NCBI GenBank assembly: GCA_022729235.1
Contig: JALDAJ010000001.1
Coordinates: forward strand, 64,001 to 128,000
Origin: Candidatus Nanohalarchaeota archaeon
GTDB lineage: Archaea > Nanohalarchaeota > Nanosalinia > Nanosalinales > Nanosalinaceae
Direction of reading: 5' to 3'
Length of the DNA stretch: 64,000 nt
The translations under genes and the position numbers were made by a program. Shown in pieces: positions 46,875 to 57,545 of the stretch. The notes below the pieces were generated by a model, which saw only the letters and a list, made by a program, of their open reading frames with translations, searched no databases and was not told where the DNA came from. Within the stretch, counting starts at the first letter, position 1, and every line of letters begins with the position of its first letter.

Positions 46875-49800
46875 GTGAATAAAGAGATTTGGAGAGGAAA
46901 TAGAAAGTATAAGATTGCTGGTCTGGGCATATTTTTAGCCTATGTTCTGCTTCATATAGTCTTCCAGCGCCACGAACTACTCGCTTATGACGTTTACACT
47001 TACATCTCATTTGCCGACCACTATTCGGAAAACTGGTTCTATACAATAATTCCTGAACAGGCTCACGGTCTGGAGATTGTGAGTTATCCGCCTCTGTTCT
47101 TCCAGGTATCCGCGCTACTATCCTTTCTACCTTTCATCAATGAAACTCTACTTTCTATCCTAGTAGCTAGCGCTGGCGCTACAGCGTTCTCCTTCGCATT
47201 TTTCTACCTATTCAAAACAATTTCAGGGATAGAGACAGACCATGACCTACTTATCATTCTCTTCATCGCGTTCTCACCTGGTTTACTGAGATTTATCCTC
47301 GTGCACGGACAGCTTACCCTGATATTCGGGACCACCTTTGGACTTCTAAGCACAACCTACTTCTACAAAATAATAAATGGCGAGGATTACGGAGTCTACC
47401 TGATAATAACGCTTATCATTACCGCCTTTATCCACCATTTCAGCTTCCTTATAACAGCCCTCATGTTTGCAATTATCTCTTTAGTTCAATTCCGAAAAGT
47501 CGTTTCGAGAATAGATTATCTTGTTCCCGTGTTTTCAGTATCTGGACTCATCGTTCTCCTTGGTATGTTCCCGATGGTTTATGAGATGCTTTTCGGAGTC
47601 ATCCAGGACGAAATCTACCACGGCTCAAGATATCCTCTCGAACATCACCTTGCATTTAATTCGTACATTACTAGTCTCTACGGAGCAAGTATCCTCGGAA
47701 TAGTGTTCGTCTTCAGGGACAAGATAAACCACATAGAACGACCGAACTCACTTACAATCAACCTGTTGACACTGATATTCTTGATACTGGGTCTGGGGCT
47801 AACCACGCCTCTACCCGAAGTACTGTTCGGAGATACCGCAACTAAGCTTGTCTATGATCGTTTCTCTCTTCTAGCATCACTGTTCCTGACCTCTCTCGTA
47901 GGCGTTTACGCAGCAACCTATCAAGGCTCGCTTTCCCGAAAAATACCGCTCAAAACAGTCCTTCTCACAGTTTTTGTGGTTCTCTCGCTTGGAGCAGCTT
48001 TCTGGACAAACAGCCTTCATCATGGCTCATACGTAGGTTACGGACATGAAAATCTAGGCTCTTACAATCAAACTCAGGCGCAAACGGCTTTGGACTTTCT
48101 TAACGAGGAGGCTTCAGAAGACTATCTCTACATGACCCACGGTCACGGTCTTCCGATCGGCGAAATCGAAAGGAACACTGAAATACCTACTCTAGATACA
48201 GGTTATTTCACAGGCAGAAAGATAGAGTTCGCCAGCTCTTATGACAAATTAGATAGGACAACTAGGTCAGAACTGGAAAACATAATACATCACGCCTCCA
48301 ACGTATCACTTAAATACGTACTTACGTTCGATGACCAGTCAGCATCCTGGATGAACGACACCGGATGGGATGAAGAAGAACTGGGAAATGATGTGAAAGT
48401 ATGGACTAATCCAGATCCTGGTTCAGAATATGAGCGAGACCTCGGTGAAAGACGTATTCTATTCGGAATTATACCTCCGATATTCCTAGTGATATCATTC
48501 GCATTTGTCTTATCAGAACGCCTCAGATCAAGAGCAGAAAAGGGAATAAAAACATCTCAACAGTTCTTAAACAGTTTTCTGAACTTATCAAGAGACTCTC
48601 TTAGTGGCTACAGCGCTTACGGCATAATACTTTTGCTACCGTTTTTAGCTGCCGCTCCTGCATTTCTAACATCAGGACTTCCTGCAGGAGTAGACTCGCC
48701 CTTACCATTATTCCGGGCTGAGCTCATGACCTCTTTAATAGAAGAGTACGGTCAGATATACTACTGGACTGATTTATGGTACAATGGATCTCCTCTCTTG
48801 GCGGTTTACTCACCTCTAGGAACCTATCTCCTGTATTATACCAACGTTCTTTTCCAAGATATCACCCTGTCATACAACACCCTCCGTCTTTTAACGCTGG
48901 TTCTGACAGCATCAGCAGTTTACACCATTTCAAGGGAGATTTCTGAAGATAAGAGAGTAAGACTATTTTCCGTTGTCCTAGTCACATTTTCCTATCCGCT
49001 ATACAGCAACTTGTTCACTGTTGGACGTTTCAGCTCGGCCTTAGCAGTTCCAGTATATCTTTTCCTGATCACACTCCTAGTTAGAGACGATTTATTTCAG
49101 CAAAGTATTTCTTCTACACATGTCCTTCTCGGATTAGGATCCGGAATTCTGTTTCTAATGCATACCATGATGGCGTATCTCTTCCTGTTCACAGGCACTA
49201 TATTCTTTTTAGTATACAGAGACAACCTGAGAGAACTCGGACTGGCTCCAATAGCAGCAATACTTTTCATACCTCTGCTTTTGGGAGCACCATATTTGAC
49301 CCGTTTTATCCAGCATATGAACGTACTAGGACCTGCCTGGAACGTTGCGCCTCTGGACTTCAGCCTAGTATCACATATAGACCGTAATTTTGCCGTCCAG
49401 CCCCCTCCATTACACATGGGATGGATCCATGCAGTACTTCTAGCGGTCGGAGTCATGAGCTATAGGCGTATGAAAAACAAGTTTCTGCAATTTTCCTTAC
49501 TGAATCTCTTACTCTTCTATATACTGTTCTGGTCCCGGAACTACGGTCTCAAAATAATACCCTTCATGAACCAATTTGACCTAGCGCGATTCGAGATTCT
49601 CTTCGCAACCTTCGGGGTTTTTATAGCAGTATATGGTCTAGATCACCTTCTAGAAAATAAGCTTTTAGGAATAGACCATTCAAAAATAACCTTATTCTTG
49701 ATTATTCTATCAGGACTGGTGATTCTGGATACAAGTCCGATGCTTACCCAGTCAGCCAACTGGAGCCCTGAATTCGAAGAGGAACTCAGCGAGTTGCCTC

Positions 49801-50585
49801 TAGATGATAACTACCGAGGTATGGGTATAGGTATGCGACACTGGGATGCCTACCTCCTTTGGGATGCTGGAGTTCCGAATGTATTCGGATGGTTCCCTCA
49901 AGCTAACCCTAACGAGGAATTCACAGAATTACTGCAAAAAACAGGAGGAAGGTGGTACGCAACAGATCTTTCAGAAAGAGAAGATGATCCAGAACTCCGT
50001 AAAAATCTAATGCACATCTCTAATACAAGATACATTATCTCACCTAAAGGACAATGGCTACCTTCTCACTACGAAACACAAACTATAGGACTGGAATCTA
50101 CTATACACCCTAGTGATAGACAGCTCAGAAATGAAACATTCCTAGACGAAGAGTTCAAACGAATACACTCATCAGAACACCTTGACGTGTATGAGCTTGA
50201 GCGGGAAATGTCTTACTGCGAGAGGATAGAGCCTGTCTGGATAGAGAACAACTATGCGGATACGGCGAAGGATTTCTTCAGAGAGGGTCAGCCTCTTCCC
50301 AAATTCCCTGTCGAGGGTACTCCTGCAGAAAAACCTGAAGGAGGCGATATCGAAGTCAGGTGTGATAAGAAAGATCCTTACACTATCTCTCTAGATGTTG
50401 ATGGTTCAGGATGGGTTCTGGTGAAGGAGTCATACTATCCGTTCTGGGAGCGGGTTGACGGCGGCGAGATCCACAACGGATTCGGGTTCATGGTTGTTTA
50501 CGTGGAAGAAGGCACGGAGCTTAAATATCAGCCTCGAGATTTATCCACATTCTCAATTGACGACCTGATAACATTTATTTCGTGA
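46875..50585 (+). CDS. large multi-TM GT-C-like protein with two tandem membrane modules
   Basis: Two similar modules beginning (A/G)xD...W...G.....Y(P/S)PL; C-terminal LVKESYYPFW. Confidence 0.7.
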   Translation: MNKEIWRGNRKYKIAGLGIFLAYVLLHIVFQRHELLAYDVYTYISFADHYSENWFYTIIPEQAHGLEIVSYPPLFFQVSALLSFLPFINETLLSILVASAGATAFSFAFFYLFKTISGIETDHDLLIILFIAFSPGLLRFILVHGQLTLIFGTTFGLLSTTYFYKIINGEDYGVYLIITLIITAFIHHFSFLITALMFAIISLVQFRKVVSRIDYLVPVFSVSGLIVLLGMFPMVYEMLFGVIQDEIYHGSRYPLEHHLAFNSYITSLYGASILGIVFVFRDKINHIERPNSLTINLLTLIFLILGLGLTTPLPEVLFGDTATKLVYDRFSLLASLFLTSLVGVYAATYQGSLSRKIPLKTVLLTVFVVLSLGAAFWTNSLHHGSYVGYGHENLGSYNQTQAQTALDFLNEEASEDYLYMTHGHGLPIGEIERNTEIPTLDTGYFTGRKIEFASSYDKLDRTTRSELENIIHHASNVSLKYVLTFDDQSASWMNDTGWDEEELGNDVKVWTNPDPGSEYERDLGERRILFGIIPPIFLVISFAFVLSERLRSRAEKGIKTSQQFLNSFLNLSRDSLSGYSAYGIILLLPFLAAAPAFLTSGLPAGVDSPLPLFRAELMTSLIEEYGQIYYWTDLWYNGSPLLAVYSPLGTYLLYYTNVLFQDITLSYNTLRLLTLVLTASAVYTISREISEDKRVRLFSVVLVTFSYPLYSNLFTVGRFSSALAVPVYLFLITLLVRDDLFQQSISSTHVLLGLGSGILFLMHTMMAYLFLFTGTIFFLVYRDNLRELGLAPIAAILFIPLLLGAPYLTRFIQHMNVLGPAWNVAPLDFSLVSHIDRNFAVQPPPLHMGWIHAVLLAVGVMSYRRMKNKFLQFSLLNLLLFYILFWSRNYGLKIIPFMNQFDLARFEILFATFGVFIAVYGLDHLLENKLLGIDHSKITLFLIILSGLVILDTSPMLTQSANWSPEFEEELSELPLDDNYRGMGIGMRHWDAYLLWDAGVPNVFGWFPQANPNEEFTELLQKTGGRWYATDLSEREDDPELRKNLMHISNTRYIISPKGQWLPSHYETQTIGLESTIHPSDRQLRNETFLDEEFKRIHSSEHLDVYELEREMSYCERIEPVWIENNYADTAKDFFREGQPLPKFPVEGTPAEKPEGGDIEVRCDKKDPYTISLDVDGSGWVLVKESYYPFWERVDGGEIHNGFGFMVVYVEEGTELKYQPRDLSTFSIDDLITFIS

Positions 50586-53500
50586 AAGGACTCTTATGAG
50601 TCTCAAGGTCGAGAAACGTACGGTCATCGAATTCTAACGAGTTAATCATAAAGCTGAGGCACCGATTATCTTCGGATTCTGCCTCCTCCCTGACGGGCGC
50701 CTTGCATCCCTTTACACTCTCAAGTTCCAGAATGTTTACTCCTTCTTCCAAATGACTTCCGACACCGAAACTTCTGGTAAATCGCTCATCTGATTCAACT
50801 TTTTCCAGTATCTCCCCATTCAAAGACAGCTTCAGAACAGGATTATCAAGTTTGCTGTATGGTGTCGCCTGTAGAAACATTGAAGTATCCTCATTTCCAG
50901 ATAAGACCACTTTTGTCTCATTCGCCATCCATCTTCCGTCTTCCTCTTTTTCATACCAGCCCCCCAGGTACTTCTTCTCTTCTAAGCTTTCCACCAGTTC
51001 GTGTTCAACTTTGAAGCTCAGGCATCGTTCATCCGTCGAGTCTTCCTCATATTCTGCCGGAGTTATACATCCCTCCCTGCTCCTAAAGCGGACATAGTTG
51101 ATATCTCTGCCTGTCACAGGGACGAGGTGATGGTTATCTTCTCTTTCAGGAGTTATCGTCTCATGTTCTTCGCCGTTGACGTAGATTGTAAGCTCCGAGT
51201 CCTCGACGCCATGATAAGGTCTAGCCGTTACATTGAGGAGAGCTGAACGAGAACCGAGCATGACTTCTGATTCGTCTTCCATCCATCTGCCATCACTTTC
51301 TTTCCCGTGCCATCCCTTACCTAGAGTTTTCTCCGGCAGTTCATCCTTTGAGAATGTTGAGAAGCTTTCCAGAAGATAGCTGAGACAGCGCTCATCATCG
51401 GAGTCCTCTTTTTCTGCAGGTACGACACATCGATCAGCCTCAAGCTGTAACTCGTTCCATCCGCTATCCGGGACACTAGCATAAATCAAGGAGTCGGATG
51501 GCTCAAAGGTTTCCGCCCTTTCTCCGTTTAGGCTGACTTCAATATCGCTGTCTTCAAGATAGCCTGCTTCAGTCATGTTAAGCCGGACAAACTGGTCGCT
51601 ACCGTCCGAGTAGAACGCCAGTCCTGCCTCCTCCCGCATCCAGCCACCTTCTTCAGAAAGTGTACCCGAGTCATGCCATCCCTGAAGAAGAACAGGACCG
51701 TCTATCTCCTCTGGAGACCTCAGGGACATGTTTTCTATTCCGAAGGATAGACACCTTGTATCCGATGAGTTGCCGTGGAGCGCAGGTACCTGACAATCCC
51801 GGGATTCAAGCTTGATCTCATTTCTTCCCTCGCTCACAGATGGGAAGTAAAGCTCTTCGGAACCCCGGACCTCGTAAGTCCTTTGATTATTTCCGTTGAC
51901 AGCGACGTTCAATTCCAGTATTTCGTTCTGAGATACATCAAAGACCTCAATATGCGGTACCTCTCTCTCATCGGCGTAAAAGATAGTGGTCACGCTCCCG
52001 TTTACGCTGTCAAAGTACTCTCCGCTCGATCTGTATGTCTCCCCTGCAGCGTAAATGCTGGAAGTGCTTATCGAAGCAAGAATTAACAAGACTATTGCGC
52101 CTATACCTACAAACCGTAGTTTCTCAAGTTCCCTCCATAACAGACCTGTCAGGATAGCTACCGCCAGCATCACCGGCACGAGATTTGTCGAGAATAAAAG
52201 AGCTTCGTCACCTATAGCTCCCAGTTCAACGAACTCAGGTCCGTAAGGTGCTTCACGGGTGATGTCCATACCCTTGTAGCGACCAGTCAAGCTCATCATA
52301 ACTTCTGACTGAGGTCCGTACTCTTTGAACTCGCTCACAAGATGCGGGTAGAATTCGGGTTGAACAGCCGAAAAGCTGTGGAAGTTATCGCTATATTCAT
52401 CCTGATCCATGTCGATACTATGCCAGGCGTTAAATCCTAGCAGCATGCCGAATACAGAGAAAAGAAAAGTCAGTAGGACGAAAATCTGGATAGTACGTCC
52501 TTTCTCCATCATCTTTTCAAGCCCTAAAGCAACCGGCAGAATCAGGAAGGGAAGCCCGACTACGGTATAACGAGGTCCAAAGCTGACTCCTGCAAGCCAG
52601 TTCAGTTGAGATGCCTGGAAGAGCAGGAAAAGCAGGAATACTCCTGGGAACAGGATAAGAAGCTTTTTGTTCCTCTTGTAAAGCTCGTAGGTTCCCGGGA
52701 TTGCGAGCAGCAGGATGGGTGCGTAGAAGAACAACCCTCTAGTAGGGAAAAAGAGAAGACGAAATGCTGCATTTAAAGCCCTCACAGGGTCCGCAATAAA
52801 GAAAGCATTAATTCTTGAGTCAAGACTATAACACTCCACGTAAACTGCACACTCGGCTTCTAAAGGTCCTAGAAACATATCCGCAGCGAGTAACGGAGGT
52901 TTTAGAGGATTACCTGTAGTAAACCAGTTATAAAGGAGCAAAGGGATAGACCCTATTAGAACGCCTCCGATGAACCTCTTAACATCTTTCTTCTCTCCAG
53001 AGGCAAATAAGTATAAGATGAAAGGAACCAGAAGTAGACTGGCGTAGTACTCAGTAGCAAATGCTAAGGCAGATAATATACCTGAAACGTACATTAACAA
53101 TGAAGCCCCCGTGTTTATCGACCTCTGAAGCACAATATACGCTAAAAAACCGAAAAACGCTGCAGTTATGACTCCGAAAAAGCTTGTCGAATATACCATC
53201 AGAGGCGTTGAAATACCAGCTAAAACCGCAGTGTAAAGAGCTGCTCTCACATCAACATAATCTTGCAGATATCGATAGACAAGCACCAGAAGCAAGGCTC
53301 CCGGAAGAACGGAGAGAGCGAATACCATAAGAAACTGTCTGAATACCGTCTGGAAAGAAAGTTCTACAGGGGAATCAGAAGACTCGCTCTCCATCCACCT
53401 ATCTGCACCTTCATCGAAAAAGCCTCCTAGGATGTAAGCCGGTACAGCTAGAAAAGAAGACATAGGCGCTTTATCCGTATAAATCACTGAGGCATTCTCA

Positions 53501-53799
53501 AAGGATTGAAGCCTTAATCTCCTTACCATCTCTTCTCTCTTACCAGGAGGACCTTCCTCATAAATCTCCCAGTATTCAGATTCGTTGATTTCACCCCAAT
53601 GCACCTCAGGGCTTATCTTGTCCATCGTGTTATGCGAATACTCAGATATTTCAAGAGACCGATCTTCTACCATAGCTTGGGCAAGATTGTATCGAGACCA
53701 GGCGTTATCTCCGCCCCAACTGATGAACATCGTGAAGAGGAATAGGAACACGAGAAACAGCTTGATCTCGGTCCGGTCCATTTGAAACGGAATCTGCAT
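50575..53799 (-). CDS. GT-C-like membrane protein with four extracellular repeats
   Basis: N-terminal TM module (DKAP, RGLFFYAP, FGPRY); four repeats ending CxxP...D.RCLS. Confidence 0.7.
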   Translation of the reverse strand: MQIPFQMDRTEIKLFLVFLFLFTMFISWGGDNAWSRYNLAQAMVEDRSLEISEYSHNTMDKISPEVHWGEINESEYWEIYEEGPPGKREEMVRRLRLQSFENASVIYTDKAPMSSFLAVPAYILGGFFDEGADRWMESESSDSPVELSFQTVFRQFLMVFALSVLPGALLLVLVYRYLQDYVDVRAALYTAVLAGISTPLMVYSTSFFGVITAAFFGFLAYIVLQRSINTGASLLMYVSGILSALAFATEYYASLLLVPFILYLFASGEKKDVKRFIGGVLIGSIPLLLYNWFTTGNPLKPPLLAADMFLGPLEAECAVYVECYSLDSRINAFFIADPVRALNAAFRLLFFPTRGLFFYAPILLLAIPGTYELYKRNKKLLILFPGVFLLFLLFQASQLNWLAGVSFGPRYTVVGLPFLILPVALGLEKMMEKGRTIQIFVLLTFLFSVFGMLLGFNAWHSIDMDQDEYSDNFHSFSAVQPEFYPHLVSEFKEYGPQSEVMMSLTGRYKGMDITREAPYGPEFVELGAIGDEALLFSTNLVPVMLAVAILTGLLWRELEKLRFVGIGAIVLLILASISTSSIYAAGETYRSSGEYFDSVNGSVTTIFYADEREVPHIEVFDVSQNEILELNVAVNGNNQRTYEVRGSEELYFPSVSEGRNEIKLESRDCQVPALHGNSSDTRCLSFGIENMSLRSPEEIDGPVLLQGWHDSGTLSEEGGWMREEAGLAFYSDGSDQFVRLNMTEAGYLEDSDIEVSLNGERAETFEPSDSLIYASVPDSGWNELQLEADRCVVPAEKEDSDDERCLSYLLESFSTFSKDELPEKTLGKGWHGKESDGRWMEDESEVMLGSRSALLNVTARPYHGVEDSELTIYVNGEEHETITPEREDNHHLVPVTGRDINYVRFRSREGCITPAEYEEDSTDERCLSFKVEHELVESLEEKKYLGGWYEKEEDGRWMANETKVVLSGNEDTSMFLQATPYSKLDNPVLKLSLNGEILEKVESDERFTRSFGVGSHLEEGVNILELESVKGCKAPVREEAESEDNRCLSFMINSLEFDDRTFLDLETHKSPFTK

Positions 53800-53867
53800 A
53801 TGCTATCTCTGCTATCAGAAACTTTTATCAGTTCTCACAGGGTAAAAAAGAGCCGGTTTAGTACCGC

Positions 53868-55562
53868 TTATTTCTCTATAATAAAGTTCTCTAAAACCAA
53901 GATGTCCATACCTGTACCGTAGAAAGTTTTTATCGCCTCCTCCGGTCTATTAACTATAGGCTCTCCACGTATATTGAGCGAAGTATTGAGAGATGCCGGG
54001 ATGCCCGTTCTCTCTTTGAACCTCTTTATAACTCTATAAAGGCGGGGGTTAGTTTCCTCCGATACTGTCTGCGGTCTTACTGATCCATCGATATGCATTG
54101 CAGCAGGAATGTTCTCTTTTTTCTCAGATCTGACATCGAACGTTTGAACCATGTTAGGCGCTTCTGCAGCATCATACACATACTCCTCAAAATCTTCAAG
54201 AAGTATGACCGGAGCAAAAGGTCGAAATTCCTCGCGGAACTTAATTCTTCTATTAATCACATCCTTCATCCGTGCATCACGTGGATCTGCTAGAATCGAT
54301 CTGTTCCCAAGAGCACGCGGACCCATTTCCATCCTTCCACTAAAGTGCCCTACAATCTTCCTCTCTGAAAGCTCTTCGGCTATTATCTCCTCGACATTGT
54401 CGGCTCTAGTGTAATCTATCTTGTTTCTATTAAGCACGTCTTCTATATGCCCATCCGAATATTCTCTCCCTAGGTAAACACTTTCATAACCAGCCCTCCC
54501 TTGAAATTCCAGCATGCCTGCTCCTATCGAAGTTCCGGCATCGCTCGCAACGGGAAACGGATAAAAATCCTCTGTCTCGTCCATCCCTCTAAGTCTCTGA
54601 TTCATCTTACAATTAAGAGCTATACCTCCAGCGACTGCTAAATTTTCGTGTCCAAGTTCATCCAGGTACTTTCTAGCAATCGAGACAACAGTATCCTCAA
54701 GAAACTTCTGAACTTCAAAAGCCAAATCTTTGTGCCAATCTGTTATATCCTCTTCTCTTCTTCCTCTACCAAAAATCTCTTCCAGAATTTTGTATCTCTC
54801 TCCCAGACTTTGGTAAGTCAGCTTCTCAACATTATAATCTGATCCTCTCTTAAAATACTCATCTAATACGGATCTGATCTCTTTATTCGGACCTCCATAG
54901 GCTGCTAACCCCATCAACTTGCCTTCTCCATTTAATCTTCTGAAACCCAGGTACTCGGTAAAGACAGAGTAGAAATTTCCTAGACTATTTGGAAAACTAT
55001 AAGTTCTGACTCTCTCAAGCCCGTCTTCTGTTCCTTTCCAAACAACTGTAGAGTCATGTTCTCCCACCCAATCCATAGTCAAGACTATCGATGAATCAAA
55101 TTCAGATGAGTAAAAAGCGGTTGCAGCATGACACCGGTGGTGAGAGAACATCTTCACCTCCGGTACCTCACCAAACTTTTTCAACTCCTTAATTATTTCC
55201 CTATACGGCCAGTTTTTAGTGATCAGATATTTCTCTATAGCTCTTTCACACCTAAATATAAGCTGAGGTACACTGCAAGAACTCCTGAAAGCATTTTTCA
55301 GCTCAACTCCTGCCAAATGTCTAACTCGGGAAATATCGAAGGGAATTAAGATACGTTCTAACTCCTCAAACTCTATATCACAGAAATCCAGACACGCTTT
55401 GACAGAGTTCTCAGGAAACTGATCAAAAGCATGTTTATCACGCGTCAAACGCTCCTCCTCTACCCCGAAAACCAGTTCTCCATCCTGATAAATAACCGCG
55501 CTTAAGTCATTATAACCAGAATTATTTGTAGCAGGTACAACAGATAGAACGTACTGAGACAT
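53868..55562 (-). CDS. O-carbamoyltransferase (NodU/CmcH/TobZ family)
   Basis: EEERLTRDKH, HHRCHAA, EGKLMGLAAYG, GPRALGNRSILADPR, RPFAP and LNTSLN. Confidence 0.95.
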   Translation of the reverse strand: MSQYVLSVVPATNNSGYNDLSAVIYQDGELVFGVEEERLTRDKHAFDQFPENSVKACLDFCDIEFEELERILIPFDISRVRHLAGVELKNAFRSSCSVPQLIFRCERAIEKYLITKNWPYREIIKELKKFGEVPEVKMFSHHRCHAATAFYSSEFDSSIVLTMDWVGEHDSTVVWKGTEDGLERVRTYSFPNSLGNFYSVFTEYLGFRRLNGEGKLMGLAAYGGPNKEIRSVLDEYFKRGSDYNVEKLTYQSLGERYKILEEIFGRGRREEDITDWHKDLAFEVQKFLEDTVVSIARKYLDELGHENLAVAGGIALNCKMNQRLRGMDETEDFYPFPVASDAGTSIGAGMLEFQGRAGYESVYLGREYSDGHIEDVLNRNKIDYTRADNVEEIIAEELSERKIVGHFSGRMEMGPRALGNRSILADPRDARMKDVINRRIKFREEFRPFAPVILLEDFEEYVYDAAEAPNMVQTFDVRSEKKENIPAAMHIDGSVRPQTVSEETNPRLYRVIKRFKERTGIPASLNTSLNIRGEPIVNRPEEAIKTFYGTGMDILVLENFIIEK

Positions 55563-55626
55563 ATCCCGTATATACGCTCTAATCTATTTAATCTTTAATT
55601 CAAAGAGTTCAACAGAGTTCTAAATC

Positions 55627-56712
55627 ATGAAAAGGCAGCCTCAGAGGAAAATCAGAAGCACTCGTTACCCGATTTACAAGTCGCAACCTCTCTCAAGACA
55701 CAAACCTCTTTTCTTCGTAGAAGAAAAATCTTCCTCCTATATAGAGCTCCATGGACACAGCAGGTACGGTCTGAGGCGAGCCATAGAAATATTGGGGCTG
55801 GAGGAAGGTTCTGAAGTACTTTTACCCTCATATCTGTGCAGAGAGGCGGTAGAGGTATTTCAGGAGAAACATATTGACATAGAGTTTTATCAGGTAGAAA
55901 ACGATCTCGATCCTCGAATACCCGACCTAGTAGAGAAGATAAACGAGAAAACAGCCGCAATACTTGTGGTTAACCAGTTCGGGTTTCAACCAAATAACTT
56001 TGAACAAGTGGAAAAAATCGCCGATGAATATGATCTCTTTCTAATAGATGACTGTGCCCACTCTGCTTTGAGCACAAAGAAAGGTAAAATACTGGGTAGT
56101 TTCGGTGACATCGGTATTACAGGCCTTTACAAGTCTCTTCCTCTAACTGACGGATCTGTCCTCCATGTCGGTAAAGAAATTGACGTAGATTTGGAAGGGA
56201 TAGATACAAAATTCAAACCCCGAGATATTCTAAAAATAATGGGAGAGATCCTATCGAGAATAGAGCCGTACCATCCCGTCGCTGTACAGAAGATAAGGGA
56301 AGAATTCGGAGGAAACACAAGACGTCACAAGGGAGACCAAAAAATGTCTTCCATATCTTTTCTAAGAGCGACAACGCTGAATGTTGAAGATCTTAAAGCT
56401 GATAGGAGGGAAAAATTTCAAAAGTGGAAAGACATCTTCCCTCCCAAAAAGAAACTGGAGAAAGGAGTTTATCCTCTCTGCTATCCAACTTTTGTAGAAC
56501 AGCCTTCAAAGACAAAATCAATTCTGGAGAAAGAAGGTTTATACGGTGTTCAGACCTGGAACGATCTCCTTGCAGACGAGGTCACAGGCAATCCTGAGTT
56601 CAAGAATGCAAACAAGTATATCAAACATTTTATCGGATTGCCCGTCCACAGCGGAACACGGATCGAAACAGAGTATCTCAAAGAAGCCTTTTCCAGGGAT
56701 AGGATAACCTGA
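55627..56712 (+). CDS. DegT/DnrJ/EryC1/StrS PLP-dependent aminotransferase family
   Basis: EVLLPSYLC, LIDDCAHS, YKSLP (putative PLP lysine) and GLPVH. Confidence 0.8.
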   Translation: MKRQPQRKIRSTRYPIYKSQPLSRHKPLFFVEEKSSSYIELHGHSRYGLRRAIEILGLEEGSEVLLPSYLCREAVEVFQEKHIDIEFYQVENDLDPRIPDLVEKINEKTAAILVVNQFGFQPNNFEQVEKIADEYDLFLIDDCAHSALSTKKGKILGSFGDIGITGLYKSLPLTDGSVLHVGKEIDVDLEGIDTKFKPRDILKIMGEILSRIEPYHPVAVQKIREEFGGNTRRHKGDQKMSSISFLRATTLNVEDLKADRREKFQKWKDIFPPKKKLEKGVYPLCYPTFVEQPSKTKSILEKEGLYGVQTWNDLLADEVTGNPEFKNANKYIKHFIGLPVHSGTRIETEYLKEAFSRDRIT

Positions 56713-56768
56713 GCGACCGCAGTATAGACCCCCCCAATCTCTATAAAGAGATAAGAGAACACATATAC

Positions 56769-57491
56769 GTGAAACCAAAAAGTTTAGGCATAATAATCGC
56801 GCTAGGATTAATTACCGGATTTAGCTTCTCAGTACTTTACAGCCACAATCAGCTTCCTGATGATTTTAAGACGGATAACCATGAACTTGTTCTTGATGAT
56901 GCAGACTATTTTAACAGGTTTGAAAGAGAAATGGGCAGCGAGAATAAAACTGTTTATAGAGGGAGATTTAGCGGCGAGTTAAACGGTTGGCAGGGTTCTG
57001 GTTTTTACCTAAGTCATGGTTACTCTCAAGATGTTCCGCGTAATCATACCGCTGAAATATTCGAAAACGGAGAAAAAAGGACTACAGAAGGCTTTAATAC
57101 TAGTACCTATGACAGAGGATTAGTTTTCCTACTTGGATCTGATAGTGAACTAAAAAGGCAAGAGAAAATCCCTAATATAAACCTTGACTTGCAGATAGAA
57201 GCAGTCAACATGTATAGAGACGCCCTCCATCATGCAGGAGAAGTTGAGAACATATGCTTCGATCAGCCGATAGGCATCTTCAGAAACGGTAATCTCATCG
57301 CTGAGAAAAACATTACAAACACCAGAAACTACGAAAAAATCGTCGTTGAAGACTTTACCGACCCTTCAATCCTATCTCAGATAGTTAAACCGGAAAAATC
57401 TGCGGAGTTCAGTGTAGCAATGCTAGACGCTCCTTGGTGTGAAGAGAAAATAACGACCGTGGCTATCAAAGAGTTCTATATTAGCTCGTAA
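56769..57491 (+). CDS. membrane-anchored or secreted hypothetical protein
   Basis: N-terminal hydrophobic segment; no motif recognised. Confidence 0.55.
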   Translation: MKPKSLGIIIALGLITGFSFSVLYSHNQLPDDFKTDNHELVLDDADYFNRFEREMGSENKTVYRGRFSGELNGWQGSGFYLSHGYSQDVPRNHTAEIFENGEKRTTEGFNTSTYDRGLVFLLGSDSELKRQEKIPNINLDLQIEAVNMYRDALHHAGEVENICFDQPIGIFRNGNLIAEKNITNTRNYEKIVVEDFTDPSILSQIVKPEKSAEFSVAMLDAPWCEEKITTVAIKEFYISS

Positions 57492-57545
57492 ACCATATTG
57501 TATCTTTCAGGAACAGGCATAACTCTCAGAAAATAAAACATCCCG

